Assembly: GCA_050084985.1 (NCBI GenBank)
Contig: JBITNC010000002.1
Location: forward strand, 1,426,001-1,490,000
Length of the DNA stretch: 64,000 bases
DNA from: Nageia nagi
Taxonomy: Eukaryota > Plantae > Pinophyta
Direction: 5' to 3'
Position numbers and translations under genes: made by a program. Within the stretch, counting starts at the first letter, position 1. The number at the start of each line of letters is the position of its first letter. Below, piece by piece: positions 37,560 to 51,100 of the stretch. A model generated the notes under the pieces. That model was not told the DNA's origin, made no database searches, and worked only from the letters and a program-made list of their open reading frames with translations.

Positions 37560-38400
37560 GGAGGATTGGCCTAATTAGATGCATTGGACAAGGCCCATGG
37601 TTGGATTCATTCCAACAATGACAACACATTGCTAAAGAAAGCTAAATTGTATGATTTGGTCATAATTGGGCATATGCAACTTGATCTTCCATTGTTAATA
37701 GCTTTGATTAAGAGATGGCAGTTGGATTTGAACACCTTCCACCTCCCATAGGTGAGATGATTGTGATAGTGCTCGATGTTTATCATATTTGGCGAGCTCC
37801 CATTTGTGAGTGTTAGTACACCAAGTCACTGTTAGGGAGTAGCATCAATTGGATGAGTTATCACACTGGTTGAAAAACATGCACGACTATGATTGGGAGA
37901 AACAAACCATGTATTCATACATAATGTCCCAATTTGAGTTAACTAACAAAAGTCTTCATCTTCTTATTTCCTTATTATCATGTTCTTGAGTCTCAAAAAG
38001 AATAATTCCTTATTTCCTTATGGTTTGATTTGGATTGTTCAAGAGATTTATGCCCGAGGGAGTGTCTTCGCATGGTATCATGCATCCTTGCATAGCTTTA
38101 TCAAGATTTGCACCATATTATTATTGTATGAAAATCCAATGTTATCATTTCTCACGTCGAATTACTGCAGGAATGGACAAACAAAAACATTATTGTATTT
38201 AGGCCATTTCGATTGGAGAATGTTTGGTCCTATGAGATAGATCCTATGATCACCTGTTGGACTAGAGAGGAGAAATATTATTAAACTCCGAAGGAATTGG
38301 ACAAGATGAGATGTGGATGCTCTACAACCTTAGGATATTTTATGATATGTGTGAGGACTATGTGCGAGATGAGGAAACCCACCATTTTGTTTGGGTCCTC
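37560..38400 (+). pseudogene. Plant Mobile Domain (aminotransferase-like PMD; MAIN/MAIL-related domain) remnant
   Basis: LDLPLLIALIKRWQLDLNTFHLP/GEMIVIVLDVYHIWRAPI (one frameshift) matches the PMD signature ALVERWxxETHTFHLPxGEMTITLxDV; VFAWYHASL follows further on. Confidence 0.85.
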
Positions 38401-38954
38401 CATCGTTGCTTTATCCAATCTCAAAGGAAGGATGATAACATGTAACATAAAATCATAAAATAACAGAATCCTCATATATGTGGCATCGAAAGACATCGGT
38501 AGTGTAGTATGATGTATGAACAACCACTTATCAAATATAATTGATAGATAATATCAACTCGAACTCCTCCATTTATACCTGTAAGGACATAAAAAGGAGT
38601 GAATATTGACATATGTAAATAGAATAAAATCTTTGTAATATCAAGATATTTCTAGATATAATCATCATTAATAATAAAACATTGAACTTAGCACATGATA
38701 TAACATTTGGATAGCAAATTAGCTTTTATTTATGTAATATTGTTGTTCATTTTTTTGAGATATCTAAATATGATTTATTAATTAATAAGAAATCTTTTTT
38801 AGGTGTATACATCCATATATACTTGTGTACACAAATTCCTTCAAAATTATGTTTATATGATTTGATATGCTAAATGGCCTTAAGTTTTATAATGAATATT
38901 TGCACCGAAAATATTTTACATTTCAATATGAATTGAAAGTTTCAAATGAATCCC

Positions 38955-39195
38955 AAATATTTTGGAAGGGTCACTCGTCAACACATTGTTGTTAAACCCA
39001 CAAGCATTAATCCCTTTGGTTGTATCATCAGAAGCGTTTTTCCAACCCCAAATGTTGATGGATCCCCTTGACTAAGATATACAAGCTTCTTACCTCATTC
39101 AAAATTATTGCATTATGACACTCCTTTTTGTTTACTTCACTCTTACATACAGGAGCTACACTAGGCACTCTCTTACTCTTTATATATGTATTTTT
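38955..39195 (+). mobile_element. LINE 3'-tip fragment, same family as 20120-20370 and 30545-30790
   Basis: GGAAGGGTCACTC..TCCCTTTGGTTG..CTAGGCACTCTCTTACTCTTTATATATGTA. Confidence 0.6.
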
Positions 39196-39528
39196 CAACT
39201 ATCCTATTGACCATTTTTTTGTCACTAGTGGACATTAATATCAAATTTCAATTTTAATTTGTACTATTTCATTATAAATTTCTATTTAGAATTATTGGGC
39301 TTATCATAATAATTGAAAGTAAGTTATAATATACTTCATAATATGTGCATGTGAAATTTCCTATCATCTTGGCTAATTTAAGGACATCTCAAATAACTAT
39401 TACATTTTGTAAATGATAAATTAAAGATCAACAAAAGTCTTATAAACTCATGTCCCATAAAATAGATAATACGTGAGCAACTATTGAATAAGATATTTCT
39501 TTATCTTATAGTTCTATGACATCCAACG

Positions 39529-39673
39529 TATATAAATATTTACAAGTATATAACTAAGTTTTATTTACCGTAATCTATTTTATTGCATAGTTATAAGATC
39601 CAAGTTATATAAAGATTTACAAGTATATATCTAAATTTTATTTAGTGTAATCTATTTTATTGCATAGCGATAT
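39529..39673. repeat. About 78-bp tandem duplication
   Basis: TATATAAA.ATTTACAAGTATATA..GTAATCTATTTTATTGCATAG twice. Confidence 0.85.
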
Positions 39674-41099
39674 CTTATGACCATCAACCATTGTATTCCT
39701 TACTATTAATTTTAAGTGTTGTTTTTTGTTTTTTAAAACCTTACGCTATAATGTGATCTAAATACCATAAAAGCTTGGATTTTCATGTATCTTCTTTAGA
39801 ACATGCTTTAATCATTGCATATCATATAATTGGTTTCAATCTATATATTTACAAAATCATATATTGTTATATTACCCACATATTACAAACTCTAGGATAA
39901 TCAAGTTTTCAATTCTCAAAATTTAGTATATAAAAAAAACTAAATTTTAGGGTAATTGAATTTTAACACTCAAAAGTACCTATTTAAATCCTCATAACGA
40001 ATCTTATAGATAATCAAAATGTTGGGAGTAACCTTTTCAAAACTTTGAATTAATATTCAAATAAACAAGAATGGTGAAATTAAGGCAGCGGAATGATAAA
40101 TTATTACCTATGATAACCATTATTAAGAAAGCATAATAAAAACATTAAAGAAAATGATAACAAAAAAATCTTTAAAAAATCAATCACATATGGGATAATT
40201 AGATAAGGGCATTATAAGAGAACATGTATCATTCAAGAAATCTTCTAGTGATATCATAAAACACATGAACATCAAATAAATGAAAGTCAAATTTTAAAAG
40301 AGGTAATGTGAATGAATGATGTCTTTCAATGTCCTTAAAATTAAATGGTTTAGAATCCATCTCTCTCCTACGATTCGTGGTCCTTGATATAGAGTGATTT
40401 TCAGCTCCTCAACTTACTCAAGGACAAGTTCCAGATTGAATAGGGATAATCACTTTCATCAAAGGCCTTGTATTATCTTCAAGTCTAGTTACATGAAATT
40501 AGAGAATGGTGTTATCATCATCCGTTATTACATTAAGCTATACATATGACATGGTCTCTATTTTCCCCTTGGGTAGATAAGGATTTGCTCACACCAACTT
40601 CATATTGAGACATACCATCATATCCTTAGAGACCAACGTATATAAGATAAGATTAATAAGATAAATAATATAAATTAATATTCAAGTCAACCTAAAACTA
40701 CTAAAGAAAAAGATAAGATAAAATTTTTAATATCCTTTTAAACTCAATGGTTTGTAGGATCTATGAAAATTTATCTAAAAATGAAAATATATCAATCAAA
40801 TATATTAATGAGAATATATCAATTATATTTTTAAATGCAAATATATCAATAAGATAGATAAGTCTTTTAACGTCCTTTAAAACCCATTGATTTTTACAAA
40901 AGTAAATATATATCAATATAATTAGATTAGTTTACTTGATATAATCAGAGAAAGAACAAACATAGTGATTATTAGTTTATACCCAACCAACAAAGTGATC
41001 ATAACATATGAGAGTCACATCGTCAGCAACAAGTTACCTCATTCATGGATGGGCATCATCATGGAAGAAAAGAATTCCTCATTTGTTGATCTCTCATAA

Positions 41100-41320
41100 A
41101 GGTGATGGTTATATATACGTCCACCCAACAAGGATTATACAAACCAATGGTCCAATGCGAAGCCAATGAAAACAAAAGAGTGATGGTTATTTATTATCCA
41201 CCCAACAAGGACTATATGATCTAGCACAAAACCAGTAGAAATATAGAATGATGATTGTTTATTGTCCAACCAACAAGGATTATATGATCCAGCACGAAGC
41301 CAATAGAAATATAAAAGTGA
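41100..41320. repeat. Degenerate tandem repeat of about 60-75 bp (3 or more units)
   Basis: Recurring GTGATGGTTAT..TCCACCCAACAAGGATTATA..GAAGCCAAT units. Confidence 0.75.
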
Positions 41321-44300
41321 CCATAATGTCACAATGAGCATAAGATCATTAAATGCATATCCAAACAAATGAGTGATTTATTTTACATAACCAATGAAAG
41401 AAATATTAAAATATGATCATATCCATGTGCATATTATATTGTAATAATTGATCATAACATCATAATCATAAATTATGAACTCAATTGTAAAATTCCCTAG
41501 CATAGATAATAATGGTAGGGTTAACGCTGAATTATGTTAATTGGAAAGCATTGAAATCATGATAAATATAAATAACTTTACAAATGCATGCAAAGAAAGG
41601 TGAGAGATATCTGAAAATAATACATATAATTACTTATGGTAGTTGAAGAATGTGAACATACTCCCAACACAAACGTTATGGCTAGCATTAGTGCTTCCCT
41701 AAGCGTTGGCACGAGCCGCTATTATTTCAATAATCTTAAAATTTTGTGGAAATTTTCAAAATAATTGCATCATACTAACAAATTATTTCTTTTATGATTG
41801 CAGACTTAAGTTTTCTACAAAGTCAATTGAATGAATTATTACTCACAACCGGGAATGCAATTAACTTATATCTTTTAATCAAATTTTCGTAATTTTTTGA
41901 ACTCCAAAGAGACATTTATCAATCAAAGAATCAAAAATATTTCTAAATAAGTAAAATCACACAAAAATACTAGCACCAATGTTAAGCTACCTTTAACAAA
42001 ATTCACTCAAACCAGCATTAATGTTGAGATAACAGAAGAGAAACTAAGCTAAATAACACAACCTAAACTACTAACAAACATCTTGAATAAACATGAGCAT
42101 CAAAATACACAAAAAAAACCACATCCATGCATAAAAGGGTTTCAAATGAATAATATCGGTTGAAAACTTATCTTCTTTCCCATCTATTATCCTTAACTTG
42201 CATGTACCATTTGGATACTAGCACTAATGATGTAAGGACCAATCCAATTAGTCTCAAATTTACCTTTATCCTCTTTTTACGCCTTTGTCTTATGATGATT
42301 CTCTTTAAGGACTAAATCACCAACTTGAAACTCTCTTGACCTAATCTTCACAACATATGCCTTTTTGGTTCTTTTATGATACATTCTGAGATGCTCCAAT
42401 GCATGAATTATTTTCTCATTCAACCCGTCTAATTACCTTAATCTAGCTTTCATTTGCTCTTCCATATCTACTACACCTTCTAAAGACACCCTCAAAAATG
42501 GAATTTCCAATTCCAATGGAAGAACAACCTCATCTTCATATACCAATGAGAAAGAAGTATAACCAGTTGTTGATCTAAGACTTGTTATATATGCCCACAA
42601 TGCATATACCAAGTACTTATGTCAATCTCTTTGATGTTTCTTTATTATTTTGGAAAGGATGTTGATGATGGTCTTATTTGTAGCTTCAACTTTATCATTA
42701 CCTTGTGGATAATATGTTGAAGAAAACTTTTTTCTTATCCTTTACAAAATTCTCTTACATGCTTACTTCTAAAATTCTTTCCATTATTCATAATAATATG
42801 AAATGGCACTCCAAACCTAGCAATGATATTATCAATAAAAAATCTCATAATTTGATGACCTTTTAATGAACTTAGTGGAACAACCTCTACCCATTTTGTG
42901 AAATATTTTGTTGCAACCAAAATAAACTTATGACCTTATTTAGACATAGGATTAATTACTCCAACAAAATCTAAAGCCCAAATAGAAAATAACCAAGGTG
43001 AAATTATTGTAGCCAACTCATGAGATAGAACCAATCTAAGATTAACATGATTTTAATATTTCAATATTTTTTAACATGAGTACAATCTCTTTCCATTGGT
43101 GGCCAATAATACCCTAATCTCAAAAGCTTATTAAAAATAACTTTACCATTGAAATGGCCTCCAGTTTGATCATCGTGAACTTACTCCATTACTTTCTAAA
43201 TTTCATCTTCTCTTAAACACCTAAGAAAAATACCTTCAAAAGATCTTTTATAAAGAACATCACCAATAATAACATATATTATTGTTGTCCTTTTGAACCT
43301 TTTCTTCTTATATCCATGCTTCCAATTTTTTGAGATTTTACCATCCTTAAGAAAGTTATAAATATCCTTATACCATTCATCAAAAATAATGAAAGCACAT
43401 ATAACAGGATCTTTTTCAAAGAAATCAACAAAGAATTGTTCATCCACTATAGAAGCACTCTTAAGGCTAATAATCTTTATAAATGTTTCTTAATCTTCAA
43501 TTGGAATAGGAGTTAAAAAGGTTGCATTATCCATAACATCAACAAATATATTACTATTCCTTAGAATATTATTAAACTCTACTTTTTTTAAATATCTTGA
43601 AACCATTTTTATAACTAACTCCTTTTCAAGGTTGCAACTTTTCATCCTTTGTGATGTAAACTTCATTTATCTAATTTATAATTAGTTGAGAATCATCAAA
43701 AACTTGAAGGTTCTTATTATTCAAATTAATAACAACCTTCAAACCTAAAATTAAAGCTTCATACTCATCCATATTGTTTGTGCACTCAAAACTAAGCTTA
43801 TATGCCATAGGAATAATTTCACTTTGAGGAGACGTTAATACAATACCTGACCTAACTCCTTTGAGATGCTTGGAACTATACAAATATAACATCCACTTCT
43901 GCCTCTTTATCCCAAGCAATGATTTCATCTTGAAATTGTTCTTTACATGGAGTGGATCAAGAACATTTATAATAATCAATAGGTTCAATAAACCCACCTC
44001 AAGATACTTATCTATTTCCTTCTTAACCAAGATAGAATTATTAGGGTGCATAGGCCTTCTCTTTTGCTAAACTGGATTGGCATCCTCATGAACCATCAAA
44101 TTATGAATAATAAATGTAGGATAAATACCAATCATATCTTCATAACCTCAAGAAAACATATCTCCAAAATCCTTAAGAAACTTTTGCTACCTTTCCTTTT
44201 CATCCCCTTCAATCCATGCTCCAATCTGAACCATCTTGGGGTCATATTCTAAACCAATATTAATCTCTATAGGAGCTTCATTCAACCAAGCTATTTTATC

Positions 44301-46077
44301 ACTTGGTGAGGAAAAATGTAGCAATGCCCACAAACCTTCCACATCACAAAAGAAGCTATATCACAAACACAAAACACACGCATCTCCCCTTCTTAACTAC
44401 CTAGCCCTAATCCTACTCCTACATATCAAAAATAAAAATAAGCTAGTGTAGCAGGGGTAAACATGTTATATCTTCAACCTCCTTTCCAAAATAAGCATAA
44501 CAATGAAAAGTTGTCCTTTCTTTTCATTTAGGATGGAACTTCTTGAACTCAATTCATGCCCCAATGTATCTAGAATTGCATCATCAGTATCAAATACATC
44601 CACGGATAGGGGAACATGCTCAAACCTCATAGGGTAAGTTTAATACTACTTTGTTACGGTAGAGAGGATGCCTACAATAACACTAATGCTAGTAGAACCA
44701 CAGATGTGTTTCCTTCTTTGTTGCAAAGACTCAGGAACTACTAACTTGATCGTCCCAACACTCTGCTCCTCAGCTTCATAATCAATCTCCTCTAACACAG
44801 ATTCATCACTCGATGACTCACTAGAATCTTTAACTCCAAATCCTTGTCACCCTGGATAGGCTTGGAATATTTCTACAAGAAAATCATTTATTCCTTGCTC
44901 CTCTTTACCCAACCCTTTTCCTTTGTACCTCTTTGATCCCATATATATAGGAATTATGGGTGCTTGACATTTCATGGCTTTCATTTTCTTATTAACTTAA
45001 GCACATGTTACTTTTTGTTACACTTGTTTACTGGATTCCTTAGGTTCTTATGTATCTTCATTATAAAAGGTATTCTTGATCTCTTCATCTTCCAACGAAC
45101 ATCTCTTATTTTGACATTATGTGCATACATAGCAATGTGGATGCTCATCACCTTCAAAATTTAAGCACAAACATTGATATCGATGTGAATGTTGAGCCTT
45201 CTTCTTCTGCTAAGGTCGACCCATTGCTCTAATGCCTTACTTAATAGCTCTTTAACTGACCATATAGGTACCAATACCTATTTCCTTATACAACTACATA
45301 TGATCATAGTCTTCACTTTCCTCTTTATCAATTTCTTCATGGAATTCCATTTCAATATATAGAACAAAGGCAACTCCAACTCTCCCAATCATGCTTTTAG
45401 GATCATCTGCAGCTTTAAACATATATTCCTTTCTTTTATATGCAAATTTCAATAATCTATGCAAAGTAGAAGATACACACGTCATAGCATGAATACAAGC
45501 TCTTCCGAAGAGAATATTGTAGGGTAGCATCAATCACTTTTATCTTCAACTCAATTGTCTTAGGCTCTTATTGAACAAGAATAATTATATGCCCTACACA
45601 TTGGTTTTCTACATTATCAAATCCTTTAATTTTATATTTTTTCCTTTGGATTTTATTGATTAATTTATCACCAATTATATATATATAAAGAATAAATATC
45701 ATCATCAACTAATGCATCTTTAATAGTTTTATCCAAAATCTTGACATAAATATGCATAGTTAAATGACTTTCAATCACTTCTAGACTAGGAAGTTCATTA
45801 TCATCAAAAGAAAGCATATTGAATTATTTGAAACAATCAACCATACCTACAATTGCACTTGTTGGAATATAAGTTCCAACATTTATACTACCAAGAATTT
45901 TTTAAAAAGCTTCCTTATGTGCATCAAAAGTTCCAAATAATTCAAGTAGAGTAATTTTAGCATTAATACCTTTCAAATTTTGCATAATTATTTGCTTACA
46001 TTTTTCCTTTTTCTTTTCTTTATGAGAAAGGGAATAAGGTGCTACCTCTTTTTGTTGAATAGTAATAGGGTTAGAAA

Positions 46078-46580
46078 TGTTGGAATGTATAATGCATTAT
46101 TGTAAAGGTTTTGTAATAATCCTATTTGTAAATTCACTAATACTTAATGCTATCACTAGATACCTTTAGTATTTAAATGAATATGATAATGTACCTTCTC
46201 CTACACTCCATGTCATGAGCATGCTCCTTGGGTAAAAATGATATGCATGTCATGCCTTTGTACTTTGCTTAAAAGGGTGATCCAGAGGAGGATTTTGGCC
46301 TATAAATAGAAGGCCCTCTCTTTGTGATCACTCACCAATTTGTGAAGTAAAGTTATGCTATAGGATAGTGTTTAGGAGATGAGATTAGGAGAATTGTAAG
46401 AAGTTCATATTTGTGAATGAAGTAAGATCTAATTAGTGGATGTACTCCTAGTTGAAGGAACAACTATATCTCTTGAGTCACTTTGTGAGATTGTCTTCTT
46501 GAGTATCTTGATGTTAGTGTGAGCTTCCATGAGATCTTTGTAGTTTAAGATTGTATTAGTTATATTGCAATCCCTTCAAC
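46078..46580 (+). mobile_element. Solo LTR (Copia/Tork-like) inside the Tat gag
   Basis: TGTTGGAA..CTTCAAC termini; CTATAAATAGAAGGCC box; GTGGATGTAC motif shared with the LTR at 1-457; TSD degenerate. Confidence 0.75.
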
Positions 46581-46669
46581 GAATACCTTTTTTGCTCCTT
46601 GTAGTAGCATGGAACACCTATTCTTTCTCTAATTTTGAATTTGAATTGTCACTTGATTCATCATCAAAC

Positions 46670-46797
46670 TTAATAAGGTTTCCATTATCATCAAAAATAA
46701 TCAGATTTATAAAGTTTCCATTAATAAGGTTTCCATTATCATAAAAAATAATCATATTTATAAGGTTTCCATTATGATAAAAAATAATCATATTTGT
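46670..46797. repeat. About 36-bp tandem repeat (3 copies) within the gag remnant
   Basis: ATAAGGTTTCCATTATCAT..AAAAATAATCA.ATTT units encoding NMIIFY(H/D)NGNLI. Confidence 0.85.
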
Positions 46798-48192
46798 TTT
46801 AATCTCACCATTCTCATATGAAATTGTACCATTATCTATTAGCTCCTTAAGCTTATTTTTCAAACCCAAACAACTAGATGTATAATGTCCTTGCACATTA
46901 AAATACCTACAAATGGCATTCTCCTTAAACCACTTTGGTTTCTCTTCATCAACATCAAATTTCTTACCATGAATCCTTTTTGATCAAACCTCTTTCAAGG
47001 CAATCTTGAAACATTTTAGTAGTATGAACAAGAAGATAATATTATTGTGATCTTGAATCTTTTTCATTTTCATTTTCTTTTCCTTGATCTTTCTCTTCAT
47101 TCTTGGCACTTGGATCACCAACATTAACTTGATTAACCTCCTTTATTTGATATGACCTCTTAGAATTATCCTTGGTAATATAGCATGTATACTCAATGTT
47201 ACCAACTTTCACCATATATTTCTCTTTTTCAATTAAAAAATGAATTATATCCATAAAATGACATTTAACATAATAAATAGCAATACATTGAAAAGAAGGA
47301 AGAAGAGTTTCTAGAAAAGCCTTAGATATCACCTTTTCTTCAATAGATCCATCTAGAGATCTCCATACCTTCACATACTTTTGCACAAATTTATCCAACC
47401 TTCTAGATTTCCCTTGCTTGTAAGACATCAAATTTGTCAAATCAAGAGGTTTTTTAATACTGCACTTAAAATGACCTTTGACTTTATCCTCCAGCTGCTG
47501 ATATGAAGTGATTAAACTAAGTGCTAAAATATGAAACCATTTTCTTGCTTCACCAGTCTAACTCGTAGGAAAATACTTAGCCTTTAAATTTTCATTCACT
47601 CCACATTTCAACTCCATGTATTCAAATCCTTGAAGATGAATGATTAGATCTCCTTCACCATTAAACTTATCTAATTTAGGGTCAAAGGACTCTCTTTATC
47701 TTTTGTGACAATAGAACCTTAACACTATTATTACCATGCCTAAAATTTAGCTTTCATTTCTCTAAACTCCTCCATAACACCATTATTAGAAACACACATT
47801 GAACCCCTAGCATTAGAGCTCCCACTAGTGCTATTGCTACTGTTATCGTAGATTTGACCACTAGTTGCTTTGAAAAATACCTCATAAGATTCTTGTGTTG
47901 TAGGATTAACATAAAAAAAGGCATGAAAAGCTAGAGGAAATTTTTTCATATCTGTCACACTCACAAGATAAATGATCAAATACCTAGAAGGACCTTAAGG
48001 ATCTTGTTTTAAACAATATGTGATCAATTCAAAATGCAAATTTACCCTACCCTCATTAGAAAATAGATAATCTGAACAGTGAAATAACAATAAATAACAA
48101 TAATCTTGAGTATTTCAACAAATATGTAAATATGTAAATCAAAGATGTATATTATTGGATCGTATCTGTGATTAGCCAACCTAATTGACAAA

Positions 48193-51100
48193 GAAAGACA
48201 TTATATTAATGTCCTCGGGTGACCACAAGCGGTCAATGGGACTAGCATGTACAGTCCTACAAAAAAAGCCAACTAAACCCTTAATGGGCTCCGTCTAAAG
48301 AGGGCAAAAAGAAATAAGTTAAATCAAGATTCCTAGGCTAAAGAACCCCACTTTAGTAGGAGGGGGTACAAAATCCAAAACATCCACAGAGAAATCATCA
48401 TGAGCCTATTTGAGAGGGGAGTGTGGCGGTGTACTTTAGTCTAAGGAGAGATCACATTGGTCCCTGGGTGAAGTGTCCAAGGTGCTGTTAGGGGGGAAGA
48501 AAGAAGTGATCCAACGAGTCCTCAATAGCTCCAACATGCTTTGAAGTCGTCTCCTGGTCTGACGGACTGGCAGTGGGTGTTCCTCTTGACGTCTCCTACG
48601 AGCTCCCTCCGAGGAGGGGGCATGGAAGAAGGATGTAATGCATTAATCACATGAGGGCTATTGAGCTCGAGCTAGAAGAAGTCTCTGTAGGAGGAAGGCC
48701 TCTCAAAGGTAAAGTGCTAAGCATCGCTGATCTAGGTACCTGATGAAAAAAGCCAATGAGCTGTGTGAATCGTGGAAGATACAATGGTAACGACCCCTGA
48801 TCTCATTATAGACCGAGCATCGAAAGATGAAGTGATCCTATGATTCGGTCTCTAGAGAGCAAAGGTGACAAACTTGTAACTTTGGCTAATTGGTGGTCTG
48901 TCTCTACTTGCAGCTGGTGTGAGCATACTTGAAATTGTATGAGTGACATCCTCGACCCGAGGGGTAGGTGCAAGCTGATGTATCCAAGAGGAGAAATCTT
49001 GCCATCCTCGACCTAGAGGTAGTGTTGGGCATAGTGGTCCAGCTTGGGTGTCCACAACAGAGGGGACCCCAAGTAGCCTAAATGAAGGTTCTGTAGATCA
49101 CATCTCGAATCATTGTCAAAAAGTCCTAGGAGGTTCGAGATAAGTCCATCAGCAAGGAAGGTAGTCTATCAGGAGAGAACCCAAATCTCGCACGCATCGT
49201 AAAGACCTCAACATACCAGTATCGACAACAACCCTAAGCTCTCAAATCCATCGAGGAGGCTAAAGCTCTCATCGGAAGTCGAATAAAATCTGTAACATCT
49301 CCACAATCAGATAAACGTTGAAGGCAACGTAGGTAGGTGACGATGGAAGCAAGGGCCCATATCAAAAGGGGCTAGAAATCGAACTCCGCGAGCATGATAG
49401 GATGAGGGACTATCCTCTTGCTCCGAATGAAGCGAGACAGGAAGGAGATCAATATCCGCTTGATAGGGGTCCAATCTGTTGGGCTTAAACTGGGACTCCA
49501 AATCTCGACCCCATATAGGGCTACAGGAATGACCAAGGTCTGGAAAAGCTCTAACTTGAATGAGATGTCCTGGAAATGTAATTGGATACACTGTCTCTCC
49601 AGGATAGAGACTATCGCATAACCTCATCGAATCCTAGGCGGAGCTGTCGTCCACATAGAAAACCTAGGTCTTGAAAAGAGCACTCCCAAGCAAGTGTATG
49701 AGGGAGTAATCTCAATAGTGTTATCGCGACAGGTGAACTGGGTCTGATCCAAGGTGGTTTTTAAGACATTGAAAGTCACAACCTTGGTTTTGCTAAGGTT
49801 CACCGATAGCTCCTGCCTATCGCTAAAGGTGGCCAAGGCATCAATCAATCGCTAAAGTCCCTCAGTTGAGTGGGAAAGCAACCCAATGTCGTTCGCAAAA
49901 AGTAGAATGGGCACTCAGCTTCAATGAAAAAGGCAACTAGAATCAAGACCAATGATGTCAAGAATGAAAGACTCCAACTCATCAATATAGAGGCCAAATA
50001 AGGTGGGGGAGACTGAACAACCCTGCCTCACCCCAAATCGTACTAAGTATGCTATCCGAGAATCCATCCAATGTGCGAACTCGCCCATAAAGTCTCATAG
50101 AGAGTCAAAATAGTCATTAAGGCAATCTCTGATATACCTAAACATCATAATTTGTCCAATAGTCTGTGTCTAAGCACCATGTCAAAGGCTTTCATAAAGT
50201 CCACAAAGAAGCAATACACTAGGGACTTATGGAATCTAGCCTCCTCAATAGTGGCCCGAAGAGTGAAGATATGGTAGATGGTGCGATGGTCCCTACAAAA
50301 CCCTACCTGGCCTGCAGCTCGAAACCCTCTCGCGTCTACCATCCGTGAGATGTACCCCTCAAGAATCATGGCATAGAGCTTGGCCAAGGTGTGACCAATC
50401 ATGATCATGCGATAATTGCTAGGCTCGACGGGGTCCCTAGATTTGAAGATGGGATGGATGATGTTTGTGGTCCAAGACCTAAGAAAACTAGAACAAATGG
50501 CATTGTTAAAAAGCTTGGAGAGGAAGGGCGGGAGGGTGTGAATAGCATGTTTGAGGAGTTTCGCCTGAAGGTTCTCAATGTCAGGGGCCTTGCCTAAGTT
50601 GAGTCTCTAGATGGCGGAGTGAATGAGAGTGGGGAAAAGAAGTCCGAGTGGGGAAGGTGGGTGACCTAGATGGATGGGGAATGATCAATAATGGTGTAGA
50701 GGCAAGAAGCGTACTCTTGCCAAGTATGGAGAGGGATAGAGGACGTAATGTGTTTCTTTGGTAAGAAGGAGCGCCAGAAGGATTTGGAGTTGGAATGAAG
50801 TGAGAAGAGTATATTTAGTTCTTTTTGGCTAAGAAATGGTGTTTCTTAAACCTTAGGAGACAACGATAAGAACGGTGGAGGATGAGCTAGGATCAAATGC
50901 GATGGCTCATCAGAGGCGATGGTGGGTATCTTTGTAGTTAAAGTCGAACCAAATGTTCATCAGGTAGTGGTTTGAGCATCGGATGCGACGGGGGGGTGCA
51001 TAATTTGTGTGGGAAGGCATGTAGGGTTGCTAAATGGAGTTGGCCAAGGAGGCAGCTTGGCCCTCTACTGCAAGAATTGAGTGAAAGCCAAGGAGCTTCT

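Larger units (their letters stand above)
31740..38811 (-). mobile_element. Internally deleted Ogre/Tat-type LTR element retaining only its 3' region with an antisense PMD
   Basis: Perfect TSD TCCAT (31735-31739, 38812-38816); 3' LTR = 31740-32156 plus 35869-36140; truncated 5' LTR about 38420-38811; PPT CCAAAGAGAGGTAAAA next to 36140; no gag/pol. Confidence 0.85.

Noticed and set aside
37560-38400. Functional MAIN/MAIL-like host gene
   Set aside because: Frameshifts and stops, and it is enclosed by LTRs with a TSD
40020-40690. Candidate 3' LTR of the second Tat element
   Set aside because: Only TGTTGGGA is shared with 53568; no extended similarity and no CCTAA TSD
41100-41320. Repeat-spacer-like pattern suggestive of CRISPR
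   Set aside because: Eukaryotic TE context; the units are degenerate along their whole length, the 'spacers' are homologous, and there are no cas genes
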